In this document: in pieces, positions 55,031 through 63,804 of the stretch
How the letters are laid out: each line of letters starts with the position of its first letter
Position numbering within the stretch: the first letter of the stretch is position 1
IMG/VR virus record: IMGVR_UViG_3300045051_000014
Length of the DNA: 64,000 bases
Strand: one strand, 5' to 3'
From: a virus
Lineage: Duplodnaviria; Heunggongvirae; Uroviricota; Caudoviricetes
The notes under the pieces: generated by a model
The model's database searches: none
Told to the model about the DNA's origin: nothing
Seen by the model: the letters and a program-made list of their open reading frames with translations, nothing else
Position numbers and translations under genes: made by a program

Positions 55031-55476
55031 TCATCGAAATCCTAGCATGGTTCACCGTTGTTGGTCTTCCAATTCTAGGATTGGTGGCAATCTGGTTCCT
55101 TTGGCGAAAGCTTTTCCCAAAGACGGATGACGCACCCACACCACTCCACGATCTACGCTACGCACACACCGCGCCGCCGCCCGAATACGTGGAACCGACT
55201 GTCACCGTGACCACAACAAATGATACACCCGAATGGAATTCGATTGACGAGCAAAGCTTTATGAAGGAAGAGGAAGTAGACTGCCGTAAGATCGTAGAAC
55301 CGGGAACTCGCGTCTGGCGCGTCTATCGCAGCGAAGACCATAAGAACTGGATCGAATGCGAGCCTACACTTACGGAACGATCTGCGGTCAACTATGCGGA
55401 ATATGTCAAGAGCATGTATCCCGGCAATCTCGTACAAGTCACAGACCCTTGCGGGATCATTCTAATCCATGAATAA
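55027..55476 (+). CDS. hypothetical protein with N-terminal TM helix
   Basis: 149 aa. Confidence 0.5.
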   Translation: MIIEILAWFTVVGLPILGLVAIWFLWRKLFPKTDDAPTPLHDLRYAHTAPPPEYVEPTVTVTTTNDTPEWNSIDEQSFMKEEEVDCRKIVEPGTRVWRVYRSEDHKNWIECEPTLTERSAVNYAEYVKSMYPGNLVQVTDPCGIILIHE

Positions 55477-55942
55477 GGAACTCTGCAATCGCGTGCTTTC
55501 GCTTTGTGATTCGTGGACATGGAAGCGATACGATTTCCAGAGTCCATCGGGCATACCGTTCCACTATAGCGGCAGTGCTGTACGCAGAAACGATCCACTC
55601 TATAAGGAACTGTTGGACTATCTTCTACAGGTAGAACCAGAATTTGCGAACTACGATGTTTCCATATCCATCAACAAATATGAAGTTGGTGACTATATGG
55701 GTAAGCATCGGGATCGAATGCCAACACGACTGCGCACCTTTCTAGTCCAGTTGAGCGAACCTTCCTCTTATGAAGGTGGCGACTTGACGGTAGATGATAA
55801 GATCAGTTCAAGAGAACAAGGCGCGACCAACACATTTGATTCACAGGAAGTCTGGCACTCAGTAGGCAAAGTTCTAAGTGGAATTAGATACAGCATCGTC
55901 TTTTGGGGTTACAAGAAAGAGCTTGACAGTTCCACCGATTAG
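55469..55942 (+). CDS. 2OG-Fe(II) oxygenase, prolyl 4-hydroxylase-like (paralog of 34242-34802)
   Basis: HRDRMP (HxD) ... YEGGDLTV ... H. Confidence 0.65.
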   Translation: MNKELCNRVLSLCDSWTWKRYDFQSPSGIPFHYSGSAVRRNDPLYKELLDYLLQVEPEFANYDVSISINKYEVGDYMGKHRDRMPTRLRTFLVQLSEPSSYEGGDLTVDDKISSREQGATNTFDSQEVWHSVGKVLSGIRYSIVFWGYKKELDSSTD

Positions 55943-55951
55943 CTATATACT
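55923..55951 (+). promoter_or_regulatory. sigma70-like promoter TTGACA-N17-TATACT upstream of natV-nadV
   Basis: GCTTGACAGTTCCACCGATTAGCTATATACT; same GATTAG..TATACT architecture. Confidence 0.55.
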
Positions 55952-56001
55952 ATTAGGCAGAGGATAGACCTCTACCGTTTTTACTCTAAGGGAGCCTTAG
56001 A

Positions 56002-57063
56002 ATGACAAGCCAAACGCACATGTCCGTGTTCATCGGACGTTTTCAGCCGCCGCACAAGGCGCACATTGACACCATTCGGTACGCACTGAAATTCTCCGAC
56101 AAGGTGCTAATTCTAATCGGATCCGCATTCAAGCCATCCGACACTCGCAATCCGTTTTCTCATATCGAACGCAGTCACATGATCAAGACTTGCTTCGATG
56201 CTGACGTTCAAAAGCGTCTTATCTTCGACTATATCTCCGACCATCCATACAACGATCTTGCGTGGGTGAAGAATGTCCAGACTGCCATCGACAATGCTTA
56301 CTACAATAACTTCGGTTGGCAGGACAAGCAGGACATTACTCTGATTGGACACCACAAAGACGAGTCCTCTTACTACCTCGACCTGTTCCCGTCTTACAAG
56401 CAAGCCGAAATGGAAAACCTGTACGGTCTGGATTCCACGAACATTCGTGGACTCTGGTTCGCAGGCAAGGATGCGTGGAAGAACGGCAACATGAAACTGG
56501 TATCACACTCCGTTCCGCAGCCTGTCATGATTCATCTGAATGAAGTCATGAAGGAAGATCGCTACCAGACGCTAGTGAAGGAATACGAGTTTCTGCGCAC
56601 CTACAAGCTACAGTGGTCGCAGGCTCCGTATCCGCCAACCTTTGTCACCGCAGACGCAGTAGTGTCCTGCCTCGGTCACGTTCTACTGGTACAGCGCAAG
56701 GCTGCGCCGGGAGAGGGACTGTGGGCATTGCCGGGAGGCTTCCTCAATCAGTACGAAACGGTGCGTGAGTGCGCCGCTCGCGAACTAGAGGAAGAGACTA
56801 AGATCAAGGTGCCACCCGCACGGCTGCGCGGTTCGATTCGCACAGAGAAGCGATACGATCATCCCGGCAGAAGCCTGCGTGGACGCACGATCACCACCGC
56901 ATTCCACTTCGACCTCTTTGGCGAACGCTCGCTTCCGAAGGTCAGGGGTTCCGACGATGCTGCCGCAGCACGATGGTTCCCTCTCAACGAACTTGTTCGA
57001 CTACAGGACAAGATGTATGAAGATCACTACCATATCGTAACTGATCTTCTCGGCTTGGGTTGA
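56002..57063 (+). CDS. natV: bifunctional NMN adenylyltransferase / Nudix hydrolase (NadM-Nudix)
   Basis: FIGRFQPPHKAH (HxGH), Nudix box GGFLNQYETVRECAARELEEETKI. Confidence 0.85.
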   Translation: MTSQTHMSVFIGRFQPPHKAHIDTIRYALKFSDKVLILIGSAFKPSDTRNPFSHIERSHMIKTCFDADVQKRLIFDYISDHPYNDLAWVKNVQTAIDNAYYNNFGWQDKQDITLIGHHKDESSYYLDLFPSYKQAEMENLYGLDSTNIRGLWFAGKDAWKNGNMKLVSHSVPQPVMIHLNEVMKEDRYQTLVKEYEFLRTYKLQWSQAPYPPTFVTADAVVSCLGHVLLVQRKAAPGEGLWALPGGFLNQYETVRECAARELEEETKIKVPPARLRGSIRTEKRYDHPGRSLRGRTITTAFHFDLFGERSLPKVRGSDDAAAARWFPLNELVRLQDKMYEDHYHIVTDLLGLG

Positions 57064-57105
57064 AGATAGACTTCGACTCGTTTTCAAATGTTAAGGAGTT
57101 TAACA

Positions 57106-58475
57106 TGCGTACCAACTTACTACTAAACACAGACTCGTACAAGGCTTCCCACTGGCTCCAATACCCACCGGGAACAGAGTACGTCTATTCATACATCGAA
57201 TCTCGCGGCGGTCTTCATGACGCGACCGTGTTCTTCGGTCTACAGGCATTCATCAAGGAATACCTCACCGAATCCATCTGCCTCAAGGATATCTACGAAG
57301 CGAAGGAATTCTTTGAGGCACATGGCGAGCCGTTCCACTTCCACGGATGGAACTACATTCTGCGCAAGCACAATGGATATCTGCCGGTGCGTATCTCCGC
57401 GCTGCCAGAAGGAATGCGCGTGCCTGTCGGTACGCCGCTAGTCACCATCGTCAACACGGACCCTGAGTGCTTCTGGCTTACATCGTATCTGGAAACCGCA
57501 CTGCTTCGCGCAGTCTGGTATCCGACGACCGTTGCGACAATCTCACACTACATCAAGACGATCATCAAGCGCGAACTGGAAGACACTGGCGATGTTGCCG
57601 GTCTGCCGTTCAAGCTGCATGACTTCGGTGCGCGTGGCGTATCATCCAATGAATCTTCGATGCTAGGTGGCATGGCGCATCTGGTCAACTTCCAAGGCTC
57701 CGACACCGTAATGGGTATCGTCGGCGCGAAGCGTTGGTACAACGAGCCAATGGCAGGCTTCTCCATTCCGGCAGCAGAACACTCCACGATTACTACATGG
57801 GGTAAGACTCGCGATGGTGAGACTGCGGCATACGCCAACATGGTAGCCAAGTATGGTAAGCCGGGAACGATCTTCGCGGTTGTCTCCGACTCCTACGATA
57901 TCTACAAGGCGTGCGAAGAGATTTGGGGTGGAACGCTCAAGCAGCAAGTCATCGACTCCGGTGCGACTCTCGTAGTCCGTCCTGACTCTGGTGATCCGGT
58001 TGCAGTCACACTTCGCTGCATTCAGATCCTTGACGAGAAGTTCGGTCACACGGTCAACGCGAAGGGATTCAAGGTTCTCAATCACGTTCGACTGATTCAG
58101 GGTGACGGTGTGAACCCAAGTTCCATCGAAGCCATCCTGATGAACTTCAAGGCGCATGGCTACAGCGCAGACAACATTGCGTTCGGCATGGGCGGCGCGT
58201 TGCTACAGCACATGAACCGCGACACGCAGGAGTTCGCAATGAAGGCGAGCGCAATCCGAGTCAACGGCGAATGGCGCGATGTATCGAAGTCGCCAATCGG
58301 TCAGGCTTCGAAAAAGTCGAAGGGTGGACGGTTCACTGTAACATGGGACCGCGACGGTTGGCAGACGATGCCACTGGACGAGACTGTGGAGAATATGTTA
58401 AGTCCGGTCTTCGAAGACGGCAAGCTTTTGCGGGATACGTCTTTTGCACAGGTACGGTATAACAGCACCCTGTAA
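57106..58475 (+). CDS. nadV: nicotinamide phosphoribosyltransferase
   Basis: N-terminal NLLLNTDSYKASHW and overall NAMPT architecture, 456 aa. Confidence 0.85.
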
Positions 58476-58579
58476 GACTAATAGGAGCCGTCTGGCAGGC
58501 TTTTGGGGAGTACCCGCTAGGGTAGCCTAGGGTACCCCAAATAGCCCCAAAACGCCCTATAAGCGGTCCTAGAGGCACC

Positions 58580-58605
58580 CGTAAGTGCTTGATTCTATTA
58601 GGGTT
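58580..58605 (+). repeat. intergenic element CGTAAGTGCTTGATTCTATTAGGGTT
   Basis: consensus copy after nadV. Confidence 0.55.
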
Positions 58606-59034
58606 ATTGGGTCTAATCTAAGTTACTGATTCTTAAAAGCTTTTTCGTGTTGCATTCTCGGTCCAGTTTGATATACTGGTATTACAGAGTGAGGAAACGG
58701 ACATGAGTTAGTCGATAGGGTAACGGTTGCGTCTAGGGGTAAGTTGTGGTGACACCTAGATAGCCGCGCACAGCACCATGACCGGTTGCAGCAAAATGAC
58801 CCCGCTGTAACTGAGAAGTGTCTAGCCTAGACGGTAAATTGGTGGGGTTCGCAACTGGCACAAGGCGATAACAAATTGTGAAACTGCCCTACTCTGTAGA
58901 ACTGGATCGCGCCGTGCGGTCATATACAAGAGTCGAATATAGACTGCAACGGCGCACTTGGGAAGAGGATTCGAACGACGGCGGGACAGATGGTAGCTTT
59001 GTAAAGCACTGTCCCGCCGAATTTCAAACTGACT

Positions 59035-59451
59035 ATGGCTCACATGAATCAAGAACGCAAAGCGAAACTCTCTCCCGCAATCAAGGCGCATTGTGCCAAG
59101 TATGGCATGAAGGCTTCGATTGGCGTGCGTCATCACTCGACGCTCGTTGTCAACATCAAGTCGGGCAAGCTCGACCTCTGCCAGAATTTCTACGATACGC
59201 AGGCTGCGGAGTATTCGCGCCGCTATCCGCATCACCCGGCTATGGAACTGCCGAAGTCCATTCAGGTCAATCCGTACTGGTCGCATGAACATTTCTCAGG
59301 CAAGTGCCGCGAATTCATCGTCGGCTTGCTTAACCTCATGAACATCGGCAATCACGACAATTCCGACGCGCAGGTAGACTACTTCGATGTGGGTTGGTAC
59401 CGCGACGTTAACATTGGATCGTGGAACAAGCCTTATCAGGTGACTCGCTAA
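59035..59451 (+). CDS. hypothetical protein
   Basis: 138 aa; preferred over overlapping frame 58878-59288. Confidence 0.5.
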   Translation: MAHMNQERKAKLSPAIKAHCAKYGMKASIGVRHHSTLVVNIKSGKLDLCQNFYDTQAAEYSRRYPHHPAMELPKSIQVNPYWSHEHFSGKCREFIVGLLNLMNIGNHDNSDAQVDYFDVGWYRDVNIGSWNKPYQVTR

Positions 59452-59786
59452 TGAAAATCTACAATCGCAACGATGCGGCGGCTCGTAAGGTTCTTGCCAT
59501 TGTCAAGCGTCTGGCTAAGAACAGCAAGGATGATTCTTGTATCGTGGTTGAGTCCTATGTGAACTGCCGCGAGCAGGGTTTCGCCCTCGCATCGTGCGAC
59601 GACCGCAAGGTTGCATTCTCAGAATTCCGCCGCAGTGACGATATCGTTGTGTACACTGGCGCACGCGCTGACTTCGCTTTCAATACGAACATTCCCGGCG
59701 ATGAAGTCTACGAGTCTGCGCGATTCTTCCGCTACAATCAGCATGAAGCCGCTGCAAAGTTCATCGTCAAGTTTCTGGAATCGTAA
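59451..59786 (+). CDS. hypothetical protein
   Basis: 111 aa, TAATG overlap. Confidence 0.5.
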   Translation: MKIYNRNDAAARKVLAIVKRLAKNSKDDSCIVVESYVNCREQGFALASCDDRKVAFSEFRRSDDIVVYTGARADFAFNTNIPGDEVYESARFFRYNQHEAAAKFIVKFLES

Positions 59787-59996
59787 ATGATGAACATGAC
59801 CGAAAACAAACTCGCGAAGGGTGCATTCCTTTCGAAGCGGCTCAAGCAGTGCGTCATCAATGGCGTGCCGGAAGAGCAGGCTAACAACGTGTACGCGGGA
59901 TACTGTGAAGGTTTCCTGATGTACCTCGCAAACCGCTTTCCAGAAGTCCGCAAGGAAATGGAAGAGCGTGTTGCCTATGACGGGTTCAAGCGATGA
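59787..59996 (+). CDS. hypothetical small protein
   Basis: 69 aa. Confidence 0.4.
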   Translation: MMNMTENKLAKGAFLSKRLKQCVINGVPEEQANNVYAGYCEGFLMYLANRFPEVRKEMEERVAYDGFKR

Positions 59997-60268
59997 ATAA
60001 CCAGATTTTCAAATACGGTCCATTGCGGGTTCAGGAATACCCTGACGATTGGCAGCGACTCGATACCCCGGAGTTTTCCAAGTTTCTACACGTTGGAATT
60101 CAGAACGGCGAAGTCTACGCATGGTTCGAAGTCAATCCTCGCGCCGCGCAGGTACCAACCGAAGTGATCATCATCGGCACCGGTTGGGATGTTCCGGAAG
60201 ATGGTGAATATCTCGGAACCGTCATTGGTGCCAACGGATTTGTCTGGCATCTTTACCGGAAACTCTAA
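59993..60268 (+). CDS. hypothetical small protein
   Basis: 91 aa. Confidence 0.45.
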   Translation: MNNQIFKYGPLRVQEYPDDWQRLDTPEFSKFLHVGIQNGEVYAWFEVNPRAAQVPTEVIIIGTGWDVPEDGEYLGTVIGANGFVWHLYRKL

Positions 60269-60269
60269 C

Positions 60270-60482
60270 ATGAAGTCTTACGTTCTCCGTGCGGGTTCGA
60301 AGTATACTCTTGTTCAGGACACTCCTAACAAGAAGATCATCACACCGGCAGTCGCAGACCGCGACATTTCGTTCGACGGCTGCGAATTGGTGGAAGTGGA
60401 TACAGTCACAAAGATCCTGCACTTCCGCACCGGCAATCGGCACTATTATGCCAACAACTCCAACGTGAGTGTGATACACTAA
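60270..60482 (+). CDS. hypothetical small protein
   Basis: 70 aa. Confidence 0.4.
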   Translation: MKSYVLRAGSKYTLVQDTPNKKIITPAVADRDISFDGCELVEVDTVTKILHFRTGNRHYYANNSNVSVIH

Positions 60483-60709
60483 TGGACAGAAAGTTTAATG
60501 ATCTTCTTACGGCTGAATCACTCTCAGAAGAGTATGAGGCATGGTGTAAGAATTTCGTCAATCGCAATAACAACGATCTGCGCTTCGGGCAGTACATCTG
60601 GAATAAATACGGTATACTTGGGAAGTCCGCACCTGAGATATTTTACGCCGAAAACGTAGGTGATGCCTACTGGCGAATTGTGGACGTTTTGATCCAACAG
60701 GAAATTTGA
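60482..60709 (+). CDS. hypothetical small protein
   Basis: 75 aa. Confidence 0.4.
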   Translation: MDRKFNDLLTAESLSEEYEAWCKNFVNRNNNDLRFGQYIWNKYGILGKSAPEIFYAENVGDAYWRIVDVLIQQEI

Positions 60710-60909
60710 TCATGTCACGCACATGGAAACGGGATGATTCTGGTCGCAAGAATCAGGGCGATACTCTTAGAGATAAGAGGCGCAATAAGTATAAGAACAC
60801 CCACCGAGAAGATGCCGTAAATCCGGATTCGTATGATCGGATGAAATTGAATCAGGAGTTTCGACGTAACTCTAATTTCAATTATGGGCTTGACAGCGAC
60901 TCAGATTAG
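60706..60909 (+). CDS. hypothetical small basic protein
   Basis: 67 aa. Confidence 0.4.
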   Translation: MIMSRTWKRDDSGRKNQGDTLRDKRRNKYKNTHREDAVNPDSYDRMKLNQEFRRNSNFNYGLDSDSD

Positions 60910-60918
60910 TGCTATACT
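60890..60918 (+). promoter_or_regulatory. sigma70-like promoter TTGACA-N17-TATACT
   Basis: GGCTTGACAGCGACTCAGATTAGTGCTATACT. Confidence 0.55.
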
Positions 60919-60961
60919 GGCTGTGTTGATTTGATTTATCATTTGAATTTGAGGTTTTGTA

Positions 60962-61417
60962 ATGTCTAAGGCTACTAAGTATTTTGAACTCTTCTCGGCT
61001 CTCCGCGCAGGCGGCGACAAGGGCGTTTCCCCTGCCGCATTGCAGAAGGCAACCGGGTTCAATCAGGGTGCGCTTGCCGTGTACATTCACGCACTGCGCC
61101 ATCAGTTCGGTGCGGTCATCGAATCCGTCCGTAACGGTCGCACCGTGACTGCGTACCGGCTCACCAATGCCGACGAACTCGCATCCAAGATTCTGCCGAC
61201 TCGCAAGCCGCGCACCATCAAGGCGAAGGCTAAGACTTCCAAGGCTCCGACGCAGCCGCGCAAGGGTTCGATCCTTCGCACTGCCAAGGTTGAGAAGGTC
61301 ACGAAGGCTCCGATTGCGCGTGACGACGGTTCGATTCCGGTTCTCGACGCGGACCTCGACATTGCCGAAATCGGCGCGTCGGAACTTGACGACATTCGCC
61401 ACTCGCTCGGTATCTAA
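60962..61417 (+). CDS. hypothetical early protein, possible winged-helix DNA-binding N-domain
   Basis: 151 aa; strong promoter 60890-60918 upstream; K/A/P-rich linker. Confidence 0.55.
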   Translation: MSKATKYFELFSALRAGGDKGVSPAALQKATGFNQGALAVYIHALRHQFGAVIESVRNGRTVTAYRLTNADELASKILPTRKPRTIKAKAKTSKAPTQPRKGSILRTAKVEKVTKAPIARDDGSIPVLDADLDIAEIGASELDDIRHSLGI

Positions 61418-61556
61418 TCCATGAAGAATTGGCAATATTACGGTTTGCAATCCAACATCATGATTGCCTGTTCCTTTTCAGCCGATTGGACGGTTGCGAA
61501 GGCAGTGTTTCTCGCACTGGCAGTTCTGAACCTGTTCCTCGCGTGGACGACTCGCA

Positions 61557-61826
61557 ATGACTAATCTGCGCAAGGATGGTTTACCGGTAGTTCCCATTTG
61601 CATCGAATGTGAGCATTGGTACGATTCCGTGTTCGATTCATGTAACTCGCCCAATCGGGCGCGGGACTTCGACCCTGTATATGGCTATACGTACAAGTCG
61701 CTTCGATGCCGCGATGCGCGTGCCAGTAACGACCTGTGCGGCACTGCCGGTGCATGGTACGAGCCGCGCAAGCCGGAACCAAAACCGACGATTCGGCAGC
61801 GCATTCGACGGTGGCTTTTCAGCTAA
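61557..61826 (+). CDS. hypothetical Cys-rich small protein
   Basis: CIECEHW...CNSP. Confidence 0.45.
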   Translation: MTNLRKDGLPVVPICIECEHWYDSVFDSCNSPNRARDFDPVYGYTYKSLRCRDARASNDLCGTAGAWYEPRKPEPKPTIRQRIRRWLFS

Positions 61827-61856
61827 ATACTCTTGCCTAATACGGGAGGGTATGTT

Positions 61857-62024
61857 ATGATGAACCTAACAAGAGAATCCACCCACTACTTTATCGTGTC
61901 AAACATCTGGATTGCTACTGGCGTTCTGGCAACCCATATGCACGATATCCTGTTCGCAGGCGCACTAGGATTGTTCTGGTTCTTCTACGGCATCTGGATT
62001 AGTAAGAAGGAACGCGAAGAGTAA
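61857..62024 (+). CDS. small membrane protein
   Basis: two hydrophobic helices. Confidence 0.4.
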   Translation: MMNLTRESTHYFIVSNIWIATGVLATHMHDILFAGALGLFWFFYGIWISKKEREE

Positions 62025-62141
62025 GGTTTCATATGATTTTGATATTGCTGTTTATAGCAGTCATGGTGTGGGGCTGCGCAATGTGGCTCAAGCAGATTGC
62101 GAAAACCCTTGATGAAATCAAGGATAAGATGTGAGGTTGTT

Positions 62142-62585
62142 ATGAAGAAATTGATTGTAGTTGCCATTGCTGCCGCCCTGTTAAGTGGGTGTGGTCCTTC
62201 ACCCGAAGAAATTGCTTCAAGGGAACGAGCCGCCGAAGAACAAAAGCACAATCAGCGCAAAGCGGAGGCTATGGATGCTATCAACCGCGCACCCTTCCCA
62301 TGTGGTGAAATTGTGCGTCTTGAAGAAGATTTCGCAGACCGCGCCACATGTTCAAACGGCGAAGTCTATATTATCCGATATATCAATATGCCTGTCGGTA
62401 AAAAGGTTGCTATCAGTTGCTCCGCATTTGACAAGCCAGAATTCAGACGACTTATTGAGAAGTATGCGAATCGGCGCATCACAAAGGAAGCCTGTATTAC
62501 TGCCGCCAACCCATATGACGCATTCCAAACGGTAATGGTTGCTATGGGATATCGCGAAGATGCATATGGTAGATGGTCAAAGTGA
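62142..62585 (+). CDS. lipoprotein
   Basis: signal peptide with lipobox LLSGC. Confidence 0.5.
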   Translation: MKKLIVVAIAAALLSGCGPSPEEIASRERAAEEQKHNQRKAEAMDAINRAPFPCGEIVRLEEDFADRATCSNGEVYIIRYINMPVGKKVAISCSAFDKPEFRRLIEKYANRRITKEACITAANPYDAFQTVMVAMGYREDAYGRWSK

Positions 62586-62836
62586 CCCGCCGCGACGAAC
62601 TCATGACCCATGCTAACTGGCTACAAGAGCATGGGTATTACAAGCACATGTCTATTATCAGTTTGATTGATATGTTAGAGCGTAATCAATCGAAACTTTC
62701 TATGCAAAAACAGCCTGTCCAGATTCCGAATTCCCTATATAATAGAGTAGAATCTGGACAGGAAAGTTCGAATGAAGATGCCACAAATGGCTCGCGAGGG
62801 CAAGAATCAATACGGGAATCCAAAACCCAAGAGTGA
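62573..62836 (+). CDS. hypothetical small protein
   Basis: 87 aa. Confidence 0.35.
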   Translation: MVKVTRRDELMTHANWLQEHGYYKHMSIISLIDMLERNQSKLSMQKQPVQIPNSLYNRVESGQESSNEDATNGSRGQESIRESKTQE

Positions 62837-63296
62837 GTGCGATAGATGCCATGAGCATCTACCTGCGAACAAGTTCTCATACATCAAGAAAGAGAATCCA
62901 TCTTTGGGACGGCGCACGATCTGTAAGGCATGTTCAAGCGTCCGCGCCGAGAAAGAACGCGAGCGGCGCAAGTCTAATTGGAAATACAAACCTGCTCTAG
63001 CAATGCTCAATAACTCTAAGCAACGCGCCAAAGCCGCAGGCATCTTGCATTCCATCACGATTGATGATATAATCATACCTGATGTGTGTCCTATACTTGG
63101 AATTAAACTTGAGGTTGGGGATCGCAAGAACCACAACAACGCACCTAGTATTGACCGAGTTGACAACACCAAAGGTTACACCAAAGATAACATCATGATT
63201 GTATCTTGCCGCGCTAACATGTTAAAGAAAGATGCAACCATTGATGAACTGATTCAAATGGGTAAATATTTTGAACATATTTTTCCTAGACCGTGA
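62772..63296 (+). CDS. HNH homing-type endonuclease
   Basis: SIDRVDNTKGYTKDNIMIVSCRANMLK HNH_3-like motif; N-terminal Cys/His zinc motif. Confidence 0.65.
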   Translation: MKMPQMAREGKNQYGNPKPKSECDRCHEHLPANKFSYIKKENPSLGRRTICKACSSVRAEKERERRKSNWKYKPALAMLNNSKQRAKAAGILHSITIDDIIIPDVCPILGIKLEVGDRKNHNNAPSIDRVDNTKGYTKDNIMIVSCRANMLKKDATIDELIQMGKYFEHIFPRP

Positions 63297-63804
63297 TCCA
63301 CAAGTCGCAGCACGCTACCACTGCGATAAGCATGTTGTGAAATTAATTCTGGAATCTGCGCAGTTGCTTTCGACTGCGCATCGGGTTCTGGACGGCGACT
63401 CTAAGGGAGTGTTGCCTGATGAAAGAAATGAAGTTCTCTATAGAGCTACCCACCGTAATCACCCGTCTGCTGTATGGGTTAGACGCGAACTTGATCACTA
63501 TCGTTGGGTTCATGATCTACTATATTTTCTTATTGGTGAGTTCCGTTATCGCTACGGCAAGCCACACGCCACAGAGCGTCTACAGCCCTATCTTCTAGAC
63601 GCGCCGCAAAATATTCCTACGGACGGTCCTTTCATCATGGAGGATCCGCCTCAGTGTATGCCGGATGACTGCAAGGGTCCAGACACCGTGGCTGCGTACC
63701 GTACCTATTACGCAAAGCATAAATACCACATTGCCAATTGGAAACGGCGCGGCAGTCCGGAGTGGTGGAATGAAACGGTTCAAGGAATTCATAGCGGAAA
63801 GTAG
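63271..63804 (+). CDS. hypothetical conserved protein
   Basis: 177 aa; FFLDRDPQVAARYHCDKHVVKLILESAQLLSTAH. Confidence 0.55.
   Translation: MNIFFLDRDPQVAARYHCDKHVVKLILESAQLLSTAHRVLDGDSKGVLPDERNEVLYRATHRNHPSAVWVRRELDHYRWVHDLLYFLIGEFRYRYGKPHATERLQPYLLDAPQNIPTDGPFIMEDPPQCMPDDCKGPDTVAAYRTYYAKHKYHIANWKRRGSPEWWNETVQGIHSGK

Noticed and set aside
58822-59292. 156-aa minus-strand ORF and + ORF 58878..59288
   Set aside because: Overlap each other and the better-supported 59035..59451 ORF; R/S-rich; region is probably non-coding upstream
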